Counted from the first letter of the stretch, positions 29,992-41,011 are shown. The stretch: 64,000 nucleotides of DNA from Gammaproteobacteria bacterium (GCA_040220855.1 JAVJVZ010000063.1:10-64009), one strand, 5' to 3'. The notes: generated from the sequence alone by a model not told the origin. Numbers and translations are program-made.

Positions 29992-30556
29992 AGCGATCCT
30001 TTGGTTCAACGGCGGGGTGTGATAGCGCACGTCTTGTCGTTTCTGCCGGAGTTTTGAGGAGCGCACCAAGCGCAGAAAATATAGCGGCTGAGCAAGACGC
30101 GTCTTGAACGGATTCCGTTGGTCGCAATAAGACCATAAGGGCTCTGTTCCGCCAAACGGCACAAGGTGAGTCCACCGTGGTTCAGGGGGCACCGCAACGT
30201 GATTGCGACATTTCCGACATCCAGGCGACGGATATCGTAGGCATGCGGGTGCCCACAAAACAGTAGCGCCGCTGCATGTGGGCTTACTGGACAACCAGCA
30301 CTACCGTCGCGTCGGCGGCCCGGTGAATCTTCAAAAAAAGGCTTTTCGAAATTTGAATACAGACGGTTCTAGGGCGTCCCGGGTTGGCCTGTGGAATGTT
30401 ATATCGCTCTCCAGTAACCCGACGAGCGACGCACTCAAGTAGGTCCATTAATGACCGCGCGGCATCGGAAGCTCAGACGATTGAAACAGATGCTCCAATA
30501 GTCCGGAACGTGGAAGGTTGCGTGCCGAGTTTCTTACACGAACTATTTGGCGGCGA

Positions 30557-30977
30557 CTCGAGGCTGAAGCCATCGACCGGCCGTCGCGCCGAGTGCGTTT
30601 CGACGATCCGAGAGCGCGTGACATTCCCCTGCAAGAAGGTCATAGATATGCTACTCGGCGAATGTATCGACGAGACGGGCAACGTGCCCACGCGGATTGC
30701 AAAGAGCGAGCTCGACGAGTCGGTGACCGTTGCCGCCATAGACGCCAGGTTGGAGGCCGCGGGCCATGACGACGCGATCACCCTGCGCGTGACCTACCTG
30801 ATGTTCCTTGTCGATCTGTGCGCGCGGCTATCCAAGGTACCCGCCACGGCGGTCGGCTCCACGACACGTTGATGAACGAGCGCACGCTACGCGCCTGCTG
30901 ACCGCAGCCTCTTGCTTACCGAGGCAGGCACTGTCTACCCGCTGTTCGCCACAGACGATGGGTCACGGGCCACATGA
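30557..30977 (+). pseudogene. Frameshifted copy of the C-terminal recombinase-like domain of the 5239-7209 gene
   Basis: Successive frames give LEAEAIDRPSRRVRFDDPRARDIPL / LLGECIDETGNVPTRIAKSELDESVTVAAIDARLE..TLRVTYLMFLV..RLS / GRLHDTLMNE / TVYPLFATDDG*, colinear with 6787-7209. 60 of the first 74 nt are identical by hand alignment. Confidence 0.92.
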
Positions 30978-31113
30978 GCGCAGCCGCCCCTGGCGGTGAT
31001 GAACAGCAGCGCAGGCCCGCCGTGCTCCCCAGCATCACGGCCTGGCGCCGAACGCTGACGCAGACCTGCTATCCTGAGAGCAACCACGAACTGGACTTTG
31101 CAGGGGAGCGACG

Positions 31114-31602
31114 ATGACCGAGACCACCAGCGCGCGCGCCGCGCGGCCCAGCGGCACACTGTTCCGATACGACACCTCGGACGTCGAGTGGGCCGACTTC
31201 TTCACGCCTGGGACGTACTATCGAATCCTCAATGTCGACCTCGCAGCACGCACGGCTGACATGCTGGTGAAATTCTCGCCGAACAGCCAGTGCATGTACC
31301 ACCGCCATGTCTGTTGCACCACGACACTGGTTCTCGAGGGCGAGCTGCGCATTCGCGAGCAGATCGAAGGTGGCAGGGAAGTGATCAAGGTAAAGCCCGC
31401 CGGCAGCTACTCGCGGGGCGGCGAGAACGAAGTACACATCGAAGGCAGCGGCAACGAAGACGCCATCATCTTCTTCGGCATGCGCACCGACGGTGACGTG
31501 ATCTACGAGCTCCTGAACCCGGATCTCAGCCTGCGTCGGGCGGTCACCGTCGAGGATTTCCACCGCGACTGGCTCGAGCACTGGCCGCAGGATTCACGCT
31601 GA
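31114..31602 (+). CDS. Cupin-domain protein
   Basis: HRH..TTTLVLEGEL and EVHIEG cupin motifs; GGGGAG RBS. Confidence 0.85.
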   Translation: MTETTSARAARPSGTLFRYDTSDVEWADFFTPGTYYRILNVDLAARTADMLVKFSPNSQCMYHRHVCCTTTLVLEGELRIREQIEGGREVIKVKPAGSYSRGGENEVHIEGSGNEDAIIFFGMRTDGDVIYELLNPDLSLRRAVTVEDFHRDWLEHWPQDSR

Positions 31603-31662
31603 TGCGCGCCTGGTCCGAGACCGCGCGACACATTAGCGCGACGGCTGCAATTCGCGCACCGT

Positions 31663-32145
31663 TCAATCGATGCGCGACAGTGAAAACAAGGGAATCTCGC
31701 GCGTGGTTCGCGCCTGGTAGTCCTCGTACGGCGGATACAGTGCCGTCATCAGCTGCCAGATATGCACTCTTTCCGCGCCGGACACGAGTGTGGCCCGCGC
31801 CGCGTAGACGTCGGGACCGACCTGTAGCTCGACCTCCGGCTTCGCCATGAGGTTGTGGTACCAGGCGGGGTGAACGTCGGAACCACCCTTCGAACCGACG
31901 ATGATCAGGTTCTCGCCGTCTTCGCCGTAGAGCAGCGGGTGCGTGTAGCGCTTACCGCTCCGGCGTCCGATGGTCGTCATCAGGAGGCAGCGCTGCTGGC
32001 CGGCGCCGCCGAACGCGGTCGAGTCCCAGTAGTGACCGGACTTCCCGCCGGATTCCCGATACTCGCGCAAGTGATCGGTAATCCATTGCGGCACCTCCCC
32101 GGCATCCAGCGCAGCGGCAGACTCCTTGACCATCTTCGTAACCAT
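31663..32145 (-). CDS. F420-dependent nitroreductase (DDN) family protein
   Basis: LLMTTIGRRSGK, GSKGG..HPAWYHNL, YQARTTREIP. Confidence 0.92.
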   Translation of the reverse strand: MVTKMVKESAAALDAGEVPQWITDHLREYRESGGKSGHYWDSTAFGGAGQQRCLLMTTIGRRSGKRYTHPLLYGEDGENLIIVGSKGGSDVHPAWYHNLMAKPEVELQVGPDVYAARATLVSGAERVHIWQLMTALYPPYEDYQARTTREIPLFSLSRID

Positions 32146-32460
32146 GCTCGGACCTCGCGCGTTCGACGTCTGCCGATGGTCGCGAATCGCGAGAAGCGGC
32201 GCAACGCCGCCTGTTACCCGAACGGGATGCCTGCTCGCCCGGTGCAGCCAGCACACTGCCCCACGCACAAGGGTTTCGACGGTCACCGCTTTCGCACCCT
32301 GCCGCGGTGCTAGGATTGTAGGGAGTAACGATGGTTAGGAGAGCCCCACCCTTGTCGCAGCGAAGTCACCGGTCGCGGGAACTGCCTGGGCGTCGGCGCG
32401 GCCCGGCGTGCCCGCCGCGTGTACCAACCGCACTATGGTGACCGCGCCATCCAGTCCACC

Positions 32461-33258
32461 ATGTGGTTGCACACCTCTACTCAGCTCGAGTTCAATGCGG
32501 CCGTCGCCACCCCTTTCCTTCTGATGCTGCGGCCGCGCAGCGGCTGGCAGCAGTGGGTCGGGCGCGAACAGTACGTGCTGGCACCGAGTGTCACGGTGGT
32601 GGAGTTCACCGACATGTTCGGCAACCTGTGCCAGCGTCTGGTGGCGCCGGCCGGGCCGTTCTCGATCCGGGCGAGCGCTGACATCGAGTGTCCGGATGCA
32701 TCGGACGCCGCACCCGGCGCGCCATTCGTCGATGTGCAGTTCCTGCCCGACGACGTGCTGCCCTTTCTACTGCCGTCGCGTTACTGCGAGTCCGATTGCT
32801 TCTACGAGATGGCCGCCGACCTCACGGCCGGCCACGTGCCGGGCTGGAACCAGGTGCGAGCAATCGTCGATTACGTGTCACGCACGATCCGTTACACGCC
32901 CGGCAGCGGGGCGGCGCTGCGCAGTGCCCGCGAGGTCAATGATGCGAGCGACGCCGTGTGCCGCGACATGGCCCACCTCGCGATCAGCCTGACACGCGCG
33001 CTGTCGATCCCGGCACGCATGGTCGTCGGTTACCTCGAAACGCTGCAGCCGATGGACCTGCACGCCTGGTTCGAGGCGTTCGTGGGCGGGCGCTGGTACA
33101 CCTTCGATCCGACGCAGGCCGGCCTCGACGGTGGGCGCGTCGCGATTGCCTATGGGCGCGATGCCGCGGACGTCGCACTGTTGACCCAGTTCGGCGACCC
33201 GGTCCCCCTCACCCGCATGACCGTGACTGTCCAGCGCATGGCGGCGCCGCCGTGCTGA
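32461..33258 (+). CDS. Transglutaminase-like protein
   Basis: [31 protein letters not shown] (Cys-His-Asp triad). Confidence 0.92.
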   Translation: MWLHTSTQLEFNAAVATPFLLMLRPRSGWQQWVGREQYVLAPSVTVVEFTDMFGNLCQRLVAPAGPFSIRASADIECPDASDAAPGAPFVDVQFLPDDVLPFLLPSRYCESDCFYEMAADLTAGHVPGWNQVRAIVDYVSRTIRYTPGSGAALRSAREVNDASDAVCRDMAHLAISLTRALSIPARMVVGYLETLQPMDLHAWFEAFVGGRWYTFDPTQAGLDGGRVAIAYGRDAADVALLTQFGDPVPLTRMTVTVQRMAAPPC

Positions 33259-33383
33259 GCAGGTAATGCCGCGCGCGAACGGCTAGGATTACGGCAGGTT
33301 ACATCGGCTCGCGTCTGCGCCGCGGGTGTCATACGACCACCGTGGCTCTGCCGCGGCCAGGCAGCTTTGGGAGGTTCACCAGC

Positions 33384-35324
33384 ATGTCCGTCATCGAACA
33401 AGACGTCCTCGGGCGCTTTGCCGAGGCGCCACGCGGCAGCAAGGGGCCGGTCACGGCGGCCCGCCATCGCCGCAACGCCATCGTCTACGCCGCGCTGTTC
33501 CTGCTCGGCCTCGCGCCGACCTGGTCGGGCGCGACGGCCGCATGGCAGGCCGCCGGACTCGGCCTGCTGCTGCCGGGTGGCGGCTTTCTCGCGCTTGGTG
33601 CGCCCGGCATCGCGCTGCTGGTACTGACGCTGGCGCTGTTCTGGCTGTCCTGCGTGGCCTGGTTCTGGGCCGGCATGGTGATCGCACCGCTCACCGTGTG
33701 GCTCGGCAGCGCGTTGCTCGCCGGCGCCGTCGTCGGCCCCGTCGCCTGGGCACCGGCGCCCTGGCTCGCGCCGCTCGCAGCCGGCGCCATCTTCGCCTGG
33801 TTCCAGTTCCGTGGGTTCAAGCGCCGCGCCGCCGATCAGGCCAGCTACGCGCTGCGCCAGACCTTCTTCGAGGCCTCGCGCAGCGAGGTCGCCGGGCGCG
33901 TTCAATCCGCCGCCGAGCCGGGCACGCGTGAACTCGACCTCGAGCAGCTGAAGAGCCTGCGCTATGTCTACGACCGCGCCCTGCAGCCGGTCGGCGAATA
34001 TGCCGGCTACACCGTCATCGACCAGTTCCAGCCGGCGGCCCTGCGCTACCAGATCAATCACCTCGGCTTCGCGCTCGCCATCGCACAAACGCATTATGCG
34101 CCGAGCTTCACCGGCTACCTCGGCCAGGCCCAGCGCAACCTGGTCGAGACCTACCTCGATCCCAAGGTGTGGAGCTACTGGGTGCTGGAATCGATGTGGG
34201 GGCACTTCAACTTCAGCAACTTCGACCCGGCGGCCGAAGACAACATCATGCTGACCGGCTGGTACGGCATGCACGTCAACGGCTACATGCTGGCGAGCGG
34301 CGACCGCCGCTACGGCGAGCCGGGCAGCCTCACCTTCCGCCTCAACGAGCGCACCGCCTTCGCGCACAGCTCGCACACGCTCGCCGAATCGGTGGCAGAC
34401 AACCTGCGCCGCTCGGACTTCTGTCTCTACCCTTGCGAGCCGAACTGGATCTATCCCGTGTGCAACATGTACGGCATGAGCTCGCTCGCCGCGCACGACG
34501 CGGTGTTCGACTCCGACTACGTCCGCGAGCTCCTGCCACGCTGGCTGAGCCAGCTCGAGCGCGAGTTCACCGACGGCAAGGGCTCGATCATCGGCTTGCG
34601 TTCGCAGTGGACCGGCCTCGAGATCCCCTTCTATGCGGGCGAAGCCGGTTTCGCGTTCTTCGCCAACGTGTTCTCGCCCGCGCTCGCCCAGCGCCTGTGG
34701 GCGGTGGGACGCAAAGAACTCGCCTTCTGTATCGCCGAGGGTACCGCAGGGCGGCCACGCCTGAGCATTCCGGCGGAGGCGATGAGCTTCATCGACACCA
34801 TCGATCCCGGAAACTACCGCAAGGGTGTCCTGTTCCCCTACGCCGCGGTCGCCATCTGCGGGCGCGAGTTCGGTGACGATGACCTCGCCGGCGCCGCGCT
34901 GCAATCGATGGACGAGGACTGCGGGCGCATCGAGCAGGACGGCGTCGTCTCCTACACGCGGGCCTCCTGCCTGGCCAACGTGTGGGCGGTCGAAGGCAAG
35001 CTGCTCGGTACCGGCGACTTCCGCAATACCTTTGTCAAGGGCGCGCCGGAGGCCGCACTGCGCGGTCCGGCACTCGCCGAGGCGAGCTATCCGGAGGTGC
35101 TGGTGGCGAAGGCCTGCGGTGACGGCGCGGCGCTCGACCTCGTGCTCTACCCGGGCCGCGCCGATGGGCCGCAGGCGCTCGGCTTCGCGCGCCTGGTGCC
35201 GGGTCGCAGCTATGCCGTCGACGGCGCCGTCGAGACCACGCTGACGGCTGACGCCGACGGAACGGCCCGGCTGAGCGTGCCGCTCGCCGGCCGCACGGTG
35301 CTGCGCCTGCGCCCGCGCGACTGA
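33384..35324 (+). CDS. Membrane-anchored linalool dehydratase/isomerase-family protein
   Basis: About four N-terminal TM helices. [18 protein letters not shown] and [11 protein letters not shown] (the C-E-P-x6-C-N pair of the Ldi family). GGAGG RBS. Confidence 0.8.
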   Translation: MSVIEQDVLGRFAEAPRGSKGPVTAARHRRNAIVYAALFLLGLAPTWSGATAAWQAAGLGLLLPGGGFLALGAPGIALLVLTLALFWLSCVAWFWAGMVIAPLTVWLGSALLAGAVVGPVAWAPAPWLAPLAAGAIFAWFQFRGFKRRAADQASYALRQTFFEASRSEVAGRVQSAAEPGTRELDLEQLKSLRYVYDRALQPVGEYAGYTVIDQFQPAALRYQINHLGFALAIAQTHYAPSFTGYLGQAQRNLVETYLDPKVWSYWVLESMWGHFNFSNFDPAAEDNIMLTGWYGMHVNGYMLASGDRRYGEPGSLTFRLNERTAFAHSSHTLAESVADNLRRSDFCLYPCEPNWIYPVCNMYGMSSLAAHDAVFDSDYVRELLPRWLSQLEREFTDGKGSIIGLRSQWTGLEIPFYAGEAGFAFFANVFSPALAQRLWAVGRKELAFCIAEGTAGRPRLSIPAEAMSFIDTIDPGNYRKGVLFPYAAVAICGREFGDDDLAGAALQSMDEDCGRIEQDGVVSYTRASCLANVWAVEGKLLGTGDFRNTFVKGAPEAALRGPALAEASYPEVLVAKACGDGAALDLVLYPGRADGPQALGFARLVPGRSYAVDGAVETTLTADADGTARLSVPLAGRTVLRLRPRD

Positions 35325-35403
35325 GGCGCCACAGCCTGACCGTGGTCCCGGTCGGCCCCAGCAGTCGTACGGGACGGTGTCGCCGCCTTGTCAGAGTTTG
35401 CCG

Positions 35404-37206
35404 CTATGCGCGTCGATCGTGCGCATCGAGCCACAGCGCCAGCACACTCAGGATCCAGACCAACTCACCGTAGTAGCCGGCCGCGCCCTCGCCGTGCAGG
35501 CGCTGCACGTCGCGCAGGAAGGCGACATCGAAGATGCCGCGTCGGGCGAGCAAGTCGAAGGCGTCCGCGGCCAGCGCGCGCAGGCCGTCATCGCGTTGCA
35601 TCCATACACCGAACGGCAGGCCGAAGCCGTGTTTGCTCTTCTCGATCACGGCGTCCGGCAGGAAACCGCGCGTGGCGTGCTTGTAGAAACCACGCAGCAT
35701 GCCGTCGCGCAGCAGCGCCGATGGCGGTACCCGGCAGGCCAGTTCGACCACCCGCTCGTCGAGCATCGGGTAAGCCACCTCGACGCCGGCGAGGTCGCAC
35801 ATGTGACTGACCTTGACCAGATCGTTGTCGGCCAGGGTGAACTTCCAGTCCAGGTAGAGCATGCGTTGCAGCGCACTCGGCGCGGTGCAAGCGGCATAAC
35901 GCGCGCGCCACAGTGCCCAGGGCGCCGAACGATCGACACCGGCGAGAAACTCGCCAGAAAACACGCTCTCCGGCGCGAAACGGTTGAGAAAATTGTACGA
36001 CTGCAGCCGGTCGGGCAGGCCCATCTCGGCCTGCGCGATGTAACGCGCGCCCTTGCCGGCGAGCGGTAGCTGGCCCATGAACGGCAGCAGTCGGTACCCC
36101 CCCTTGAGCAGGGCGCGCAGCATGCCGGGCACGCGAAACCAGGCCTCGAACACGTTCTGATCCGTATAGCGCGTGTTCCCGGCAAACAGCTCGTCGCCGC
36201 CGTCGCCGGCCAGCATCACTTCGACACCGTGCTCGCGGGCGAACTTCGCGCAGTAGTAGGCCGGCACCACCGAGGAGTTGCCGAAGGGCTCACCGTAATG
36301 TGCGGCGATCAGCGGCAGCGCCTCGGCGACATCACGCGGCGTGACGAAATAGGCGTGGTGTCGCGTGCCGAAATGCTCGGCGGCGATGCGCGCGAAGCCG
36401 GACTCGTCGTACCCCTCCGCATCGAAGCCGATGGTGAAGGTCGCGGCATCCTCGCGCGCGCGCTTGAGCATGCCGGCCACCGAGGAGCTGTCGAGGCCGC
36501 CACTGAGAAACGCCCCACAGGGTGGCCGCGCGGCCTCCCTCACGGCGGCTTCGAGCGCCTCGAGCAGGGCATTGCCGGACGGCACGGGTGCGCCGTCGGC
36601 GGCAAACTGGGGCTGCCAGTAGACCCCGGTCTCGGGGTTGCCACCAGACCAGCTCAGGCAGTGCGCCGGCCCGAGCTTCACGATGTCGCGATAAATGGTC
36701 CGCGGTGCCGGAATGCAGTGGAAGAATACGTAGTCATAGATGGCCTGGTCGTCCAACACGGGACGCGCCGGCAACCCGGCGACGAGGGCGTCGAGATCGG
36801 TGGCGAAGCGCAGCGAGCCACCATCGGCGGCGACATATACCTGGCAGATGCCGAAACGGTCGTTGGCAACCGCCCAGCTCGTGCGTTGACTGTCGTAGCC
36901 ACAGGCGACGAAGGGACCATGCAGGGCCGATGCATCGAGCATGCCGCTCGATGCGAAACCGGCAGCGAGGCGCTGGAGGACGTCGTCGGCGGGCGCAGCC
37001 GCGCCGTGCGGGCAGAACACCGCGAGCTGCGCGACACCCGCCTCGGCGGTGTACACGGCGCAGCCGCTGCTCGCGAGCGCCGCGGCGCCGAGTTCGTGCA
37101 TGGCGGCCGCGCCGCCGCCGGTGCGGCGGCCGGCGGCCATGGTCGCGACAGTGGCGCTGCCGGCGGCAGGCGCGCTCGCGTCGATGCTTGCGCAGACGAA
37201 GATCAT
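35404..37206 (-). CDS. Asparagine-synthase-like amidotransferase
   Basis: DRFG, FLSGGLDSS, EPFGNSS, GDGGDELFAG, KHGFGLP. No Cys at position 2. Confidence 0.9.
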   Translation of the reverse strand: MIFVCASIDASAPAAGSATVATMAAGRRTGGGAAAMHELGAAALASSGCAVYTAEAGVAQLAVFCPHGAAAPADDVLQRLAAGFASSGMLDASALHGPFVACGYDSQRTSWAVANDRFGICQVYVAADGGSLRFATDLDALVAGLPARPVLDDQAIYDYVFFHCIPAPRTIYRDIVKLGPAHCLSWSGGNPETGVYWQPQFAADGAPVPSGNALLEALEAAVREAARPPCGAFLSGGLDSSSVAGMLKRAREDAATFTIGFDAEGYDESGFARIAAEHFGTRHHAYFVTPRDVAEALPLIAAHYGEPFGNSSVVPAYYCAKFAREHGVEVMLAGDGGDELFAGNTRYTDQNVFEAWFRVPGMLRALLKGGYRLLPFMGQLPLAGKGARYIAQAEMGLPDRLQSYNFLNRFAPESVFSGEFLAGVDRSAPWALWRARYAACTAPSALQRMLYLDWKFTLADNDLVKVSHMCDLAGVEVAYPMLDERVVELACRVPPSALLRDGMLRGFYKHATRGFLPDAVIEKSKHGFGLPFGVWMQRDDGLRALAADAFDLLARRGIFDVAFLRDVQRLHGEGAAGYYGELVWILSVLALWLDAHDRRA

Positions 37207-37362
37207 GGAATGAGCGATGGGATCAATGGGCGCGTAATGTATCGGCCGGGCCGGGCCAAGTATAAATGCTATGCTCCGCGCGGCCGCTAAGTCCGTCTCC
37301 AGGTACCGTAGAAGCGCCTCCCGCGCGGGACTGCCGGGGATACCACGAGGCACACGTCTTCC

Positions 37363-38352
37363 ATGATCGTCACCGCATCCAGACTGGCCCTAGACGCGGC
37401 CGCGCTGCTGCAGCGTCGTCTCTCAATCGTGCTCTTCCATCACGTCCTCCCGGCACCGGATCCACTGCTGCCGGACGAACCGGACATCGCGCGATTCGAC
37501 GAACAGGTCGGCTGGCTGGCGCGGACCTTCGAGATCCTGCCGGCCGGCGAGGCGCTCGCCTTGCTCTATGCCGGCAAGCTGCCTCGGCGCGCGCTGTCCA
37601 TCACGTTCGACGACGGCTACCGCGACAACCTCGAGCACGCACTGCCGGTACTGCAGCGCCACGGCGTGCGCGCCACCTTCTTCGTCACCACCCGCCACCT
37701 CGACGGCGGCATGATGTGGAACGACCGCGTGATCGCGGCCGTGCGCGCGTGGCCCGAGGACACACTCGACCTGCGCGAGCACGGTCTCGGCGAAGTGGCC
37801 CTGGAAGGCGATCGCTGCCGCGCACTGCATGCCCTGCTGCCGCGCATCAAGTACCTGCCCGCGGCCGAGCGCGAGGCGCTCAGCCTGGCGCTGCTCGCGG
37901 CAAGCGGCGCTGCCGATACGCGCCTGATGATGAATGCCGAGGAGATTCGCGCGCTGCATGCGGCCGGCATGGAGATCGGCGGGCACACCGACGGCCATCC
38001 CATCCTCGCCGGACTCGCCGATGCCGGCGCGCGCGACGAGATCGTGCGCAACAAGGATACGCTCGAGCGTATCCTCGACGCTCCACTCGACATCTTCGCC
38101 TATCCCAACGGCACGCCCGGGCGCGACTACGACACCCGTCACGTCGCCATGCTGCGCGAATGCGGCTACCGCTACGCGCTGACGACCGCGGCCGGCACTG
38201 CGAATACGCTTACCGATCCCTTGCAGGTACCGCGTTTCACGCCGTGGGATCGCGAGCGTGCACGCTACCTTGCACGCATGACGATGAACTACTTCCGCCC
38301 GGCGGAGTATGCGCCAGAGGCGCCCGCGGTCACGGTCGACGCAGCGGACTGA
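37363..38352 (+). CDS. Polysaccharide deacetylase (NodB/CE4)
   Basis: ITFDDGY, EIGGHTDGH, FAYPNG. Confidence 0.93.
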   Translation: MIVTASRLALDAAALLQRRLSIVLFHHVLPAPDPLLPDEPDIARFDEQVGWLARTFEILPAGEALALLYAGKLPRRALSITFDDGYRDNLEHALPVLQRHGVRATFFVTTRHLDGGMMWNDRVIAAVRAWPEDTLDLREHGLGEVALEGDRCRALHALLPRIKYLPAAEREALSLALLAASGAADTRLMMNAEEIRALHAAGMEIGGHTDGHPILAGLADAGARDEIVRNKDTLERILDAPLDIFAYPNGTPGRDYDTRHVAMLRECGYRYALTTAAGTANTLTDPLQVPRFTPWDRERARYLARMTMNYFRPAEYAPEAPAVTVDAAD

Positions 38353-39527
38353 GCGTCCAGCACGCGGCAGAAGAGTTCGTACTGCCCGATGCTGGTCGAT
38401 CGCCAGTCGAAGCGCTCAGCGTAAGCGCGCGTCGCACCACGCTCGGGGCGCGCAGCAAGGAGCTTGCGCACCCCATCAGCGATGGCACTGGGCGTACGGG
38501 ACTCGACCAGAACGCCAGCCTCGGGCGCCGCCACCACTTCCGGTGTCCCCCAGATTGCCGTGGCAACCACCGGCGTGCCGCATGCCATCGCTTCCAGCAG
38601 CACGTTGGCCCACCCCTCGCGGCTCGAGGCGAGAACAAGAGCATCAGCGGCGGCGTAGAGAGCAGCGAGCTGCCCCTGTGGCCGCGCACCGAGAAAGCGC
38701 ACCCTGTCAGACACGCCACAGCGCCGCGCCAGCGCGCGCAGCGCACCTTGCTCGGGACCATCACCAACCAGCAACAACGTCGTATCAGGTAGCTCGCGCA
38801 ACGCTTCGATAGTGACGTGGTTGCCTTTGCGCTCGATGAGGTGCCCGACGGATAGCAACACGTCTCCCGTGAGCCCGAATTCGGCCCGAGCCGCATCCCG
38901 GTCGACTGGCCGGAAGACTTCCAGATCGACTCCATTACGAAGCACCGTGACCCGTTCCGGCCTTCCCCCGAGCGCGACGAGCGCATCTGCCAGCGCGCTA
39001 CACACAGTGATGGAGGCTGCTGCCCGGGCCTCAGCCCACTGGATCGACTGACGAGGCCGCCGGAATGAGGGCAACAGGCTGAGATCGTTGCCGCGGGCCG
39101 TGATCACGACGGGGACGCCGAGTTCACGCCCAAGCATCACGGCAGCGACGCCATCCGGATAGTAATAGTGGGCGTCGATGAGGTCGAAATCGTAGCCCTC
39201 CTGACGCAACCGTCGTACAGTTTCGCGGGCGCCGTGGTACAGCAACCGCGGAGCGACGTGCCAGGAAAGCCCGGGCACGACGAGGTACCGCGGGTGCAGG
39301 ATCGTAACCCCGTGCCGTTCCTCGCTGCGCGGCACGCGTGTGTACGCGGCATAGGCGCCGAATACCGGTGCGCTCGAAAAGAACCACGGCACCGGTGCGA
39401 CGACCTGCGCGGAGACCGGGCAGTCCGCCAGCAGATGGCGTAGCCGGTTCTCGACGAAGATTCCGTGGCGCGCCTGCTCGCTGTTCGGAAAGAGTGTAGA
39501 GAACAAAAGAATCTTGACAGCGCGCAT
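38289..39527 (-). CDS. GT4 glycosyltransferase
   Basis: DAHYYYPDG, RNGVD, EGWANVLLEAMACG. Convergent 64-bp overlap with the deacetylase. Confidence 0.93.
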   Translation of the reverse strand: MRAVKILLFSTLFPNSEQARHGIFVENRLRHLLADCPVSAQVVAPVPWFFSSAPVFGAYAAYTRVPRSEERHGVTILHPRYLVVPGLSWHVAPRLLYHGARETVRRLRQEGYDFDLIDAHYYYPDGVAAVMLGRELGVPVVITARGNDLSLLPSFRRPRQSIQWAEARAAASITVCSALADALVALGGRPERVTVLRNGVDLEVFRPVDRDAARAEFGLTGDVLLSVGHLIERKGNHVTIEALRELPDTTLLLVGDGPEQGALRALARRCGVSDRVRFLGARPQGQLAALYAAADALVLASSREGWANVLLEAMACGTPVVATAIWGTPEVVAAPEAGVLVESRTPSAIADGVRKLLAARPERGATRAYAERFDWRSTSIGQYELFCRVLDAQSAASTVTAGASGAYSAGRK

Positions 39528-39913
39528 GCTCAACTCGATGGCTGGCGCGTCGCGGCGCGCCGGTGGATATTGCCGGAGGTATCGGCACTTTAACGCGATA
39601 ACCTCACTGCGCATCCCGGCTCGTGCGGTCAGGCCCATGACCAGCGCCTTCCCGAATCGCCAGACTTTCGACTCGGCCTCCGTGCCGGCAATATTCTAAC
39701 CGTGCTTCTGCAGTGACTGGATGTACGCGGCAAGCGCCTGGGCCCTGCCGCAGGGCGTGCTTACGGGCAGGACTGCGCGTGGCGGTGCGTCTGTTTCCTG
39801 CCCCATGGCGGGTCATCGCACCCGCCGCCTGGCGTCATGCCCATGCTAGAGTGCCCGACCGCGCGGCCGCGAGCCGCCTCCCGTCAAGCCCACGCAGGAG
39901 ACCTTCACAGTCC

Positions 39914-41011
39914 ATGTCGAAGAAAAAAGTCCTCATCGCCGGCGCCTCCGGCCTGGTCGGCCAGGCCGCCATGCGCGCCTTCGCCGAGCACGGCGACTAC
40001 GAAGTGATCGCGGTATCGCGCCGTGCGCCGTTCAAGACCTTCGGTGCCAGCTTCGTCCCCGCCGACCTGCAGGATGCCAGCGCCTGTGCCGAACTGTTCG
40101 GCACCATGCGCGGCGTTACCCACGTCGTCTACGCAGCGCTGTTCGAGAAGCCTGGCCTGGTCGGCGGCTGGCGCGAGCGCGAGCAGATCGAGACCAATGC
40201 GCAGATGCTGCGCAATTTCTTCGAGCCGCTCGAACGGGCCTCCGGCGACACGCTCGAGCATTTCTCGCTGTTGCAGGGCACCAAGGCCTACGGGGTGCAC
40301 ATCGAACCGTTCAAGGTACCGGCGCGCGAGAACCGCTCGGAGCGACACGACCTGCCGAATTTCTACTGGGAGCACGAAGGCTACCTGCGCGAGAAGCAGG
40401 CCGGGCGCGACTGGCACTGGACGATTTTCCGCCCGCAGATCATCTTCGGCCTCGCGCTCGGTGCGGCAATGAACCTGATCCCGGCCATCGGCGCCTATGC
40501 CGCCATCCTGCGCGAGCAGGGCAAGCCGCTGATCTACCCGGGCGGTCCGGGCAACCTGCTCGAAGCCGTCGACGCCGACCTCATGGCCAACGCACTGGTG
40601 TGGGGCGCGACCAGCGCCGCGGCGCGCAACGAGATTTTCAACGTCACCAACGGCGATGTCTTCACCTGGAAGAACATCTGGCCGGCGCTCGCCGACATGC
40701 TCGGCATGGAGCCCGGTCCCGAGGAGCCACGCGCGCTCGGTCCGAGCATGCCCGCGGAGGCCGCGGCCTGGGACCGCATCCGTGAAAAGCATGGCCTGGT
40801 CGCGCCGGAACTGGCCCCCTTCGTCGGCGAATCCTTCCACTACGCGGACTTCTGCTTTGCGTACGGCGCCGAGGGCTTCAGCGTCGAGCCGGCAGTGGTG
40901 TCGACCGTCAAGCTGCGCCAGGCCGGGTTTCACGAGGTGATGGACACCGAGGCGATGTTCCGCAAGTGGTTCCGCTACTTCGAGCAGGAGAAGCTGTTAC
41001 CGCAGCCGTGA
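39914..41011 (+). CDS. SDR oxidoreductase, PRISE/progesterone 5-beta-reductase-like
   Basis: GASGLVG, SRR, GTKAYG, PNFYW, FNVTNGD. Confidence 0.87.
   Translation: MSKKKVLIAGASGLVGQAAMRAFAEHGDYEVIAVSRRAPFKTFGASFVPADLQDASACAELFGTMRGVTHVVYAALFEKPGLVGGWREREQIETNAQMLRNFFEPLERASGDTLEHFSLLQGTKAYGVHIEPFKVPARENRSERHDLPNFYWEHEGYLREKQAGRDWHWTIFRPQIIFGLALGAAMNLIPAIGAYAAILREQGKPLIYPGGPGNLLEAVDADLMANALVWGATSAAARNEIFNVTNGDVFTWKNIWPALADMLGMEPGPEEPRALGPSMPAEAAAWDRIREKHGLVAPELAPFVGESFHYADFCFAYGAEGFSVEPAVVSTVKLRQAGFHEVMDTEAMFRKWFRYFEQEKLLPQP

Noticed and set aside
30384-30872. 162-aa ORF as a real gene
   Set aside because: It is one frame of the frameshifted pseudogene at 30557-30977 plus unrelated upstream sequence.
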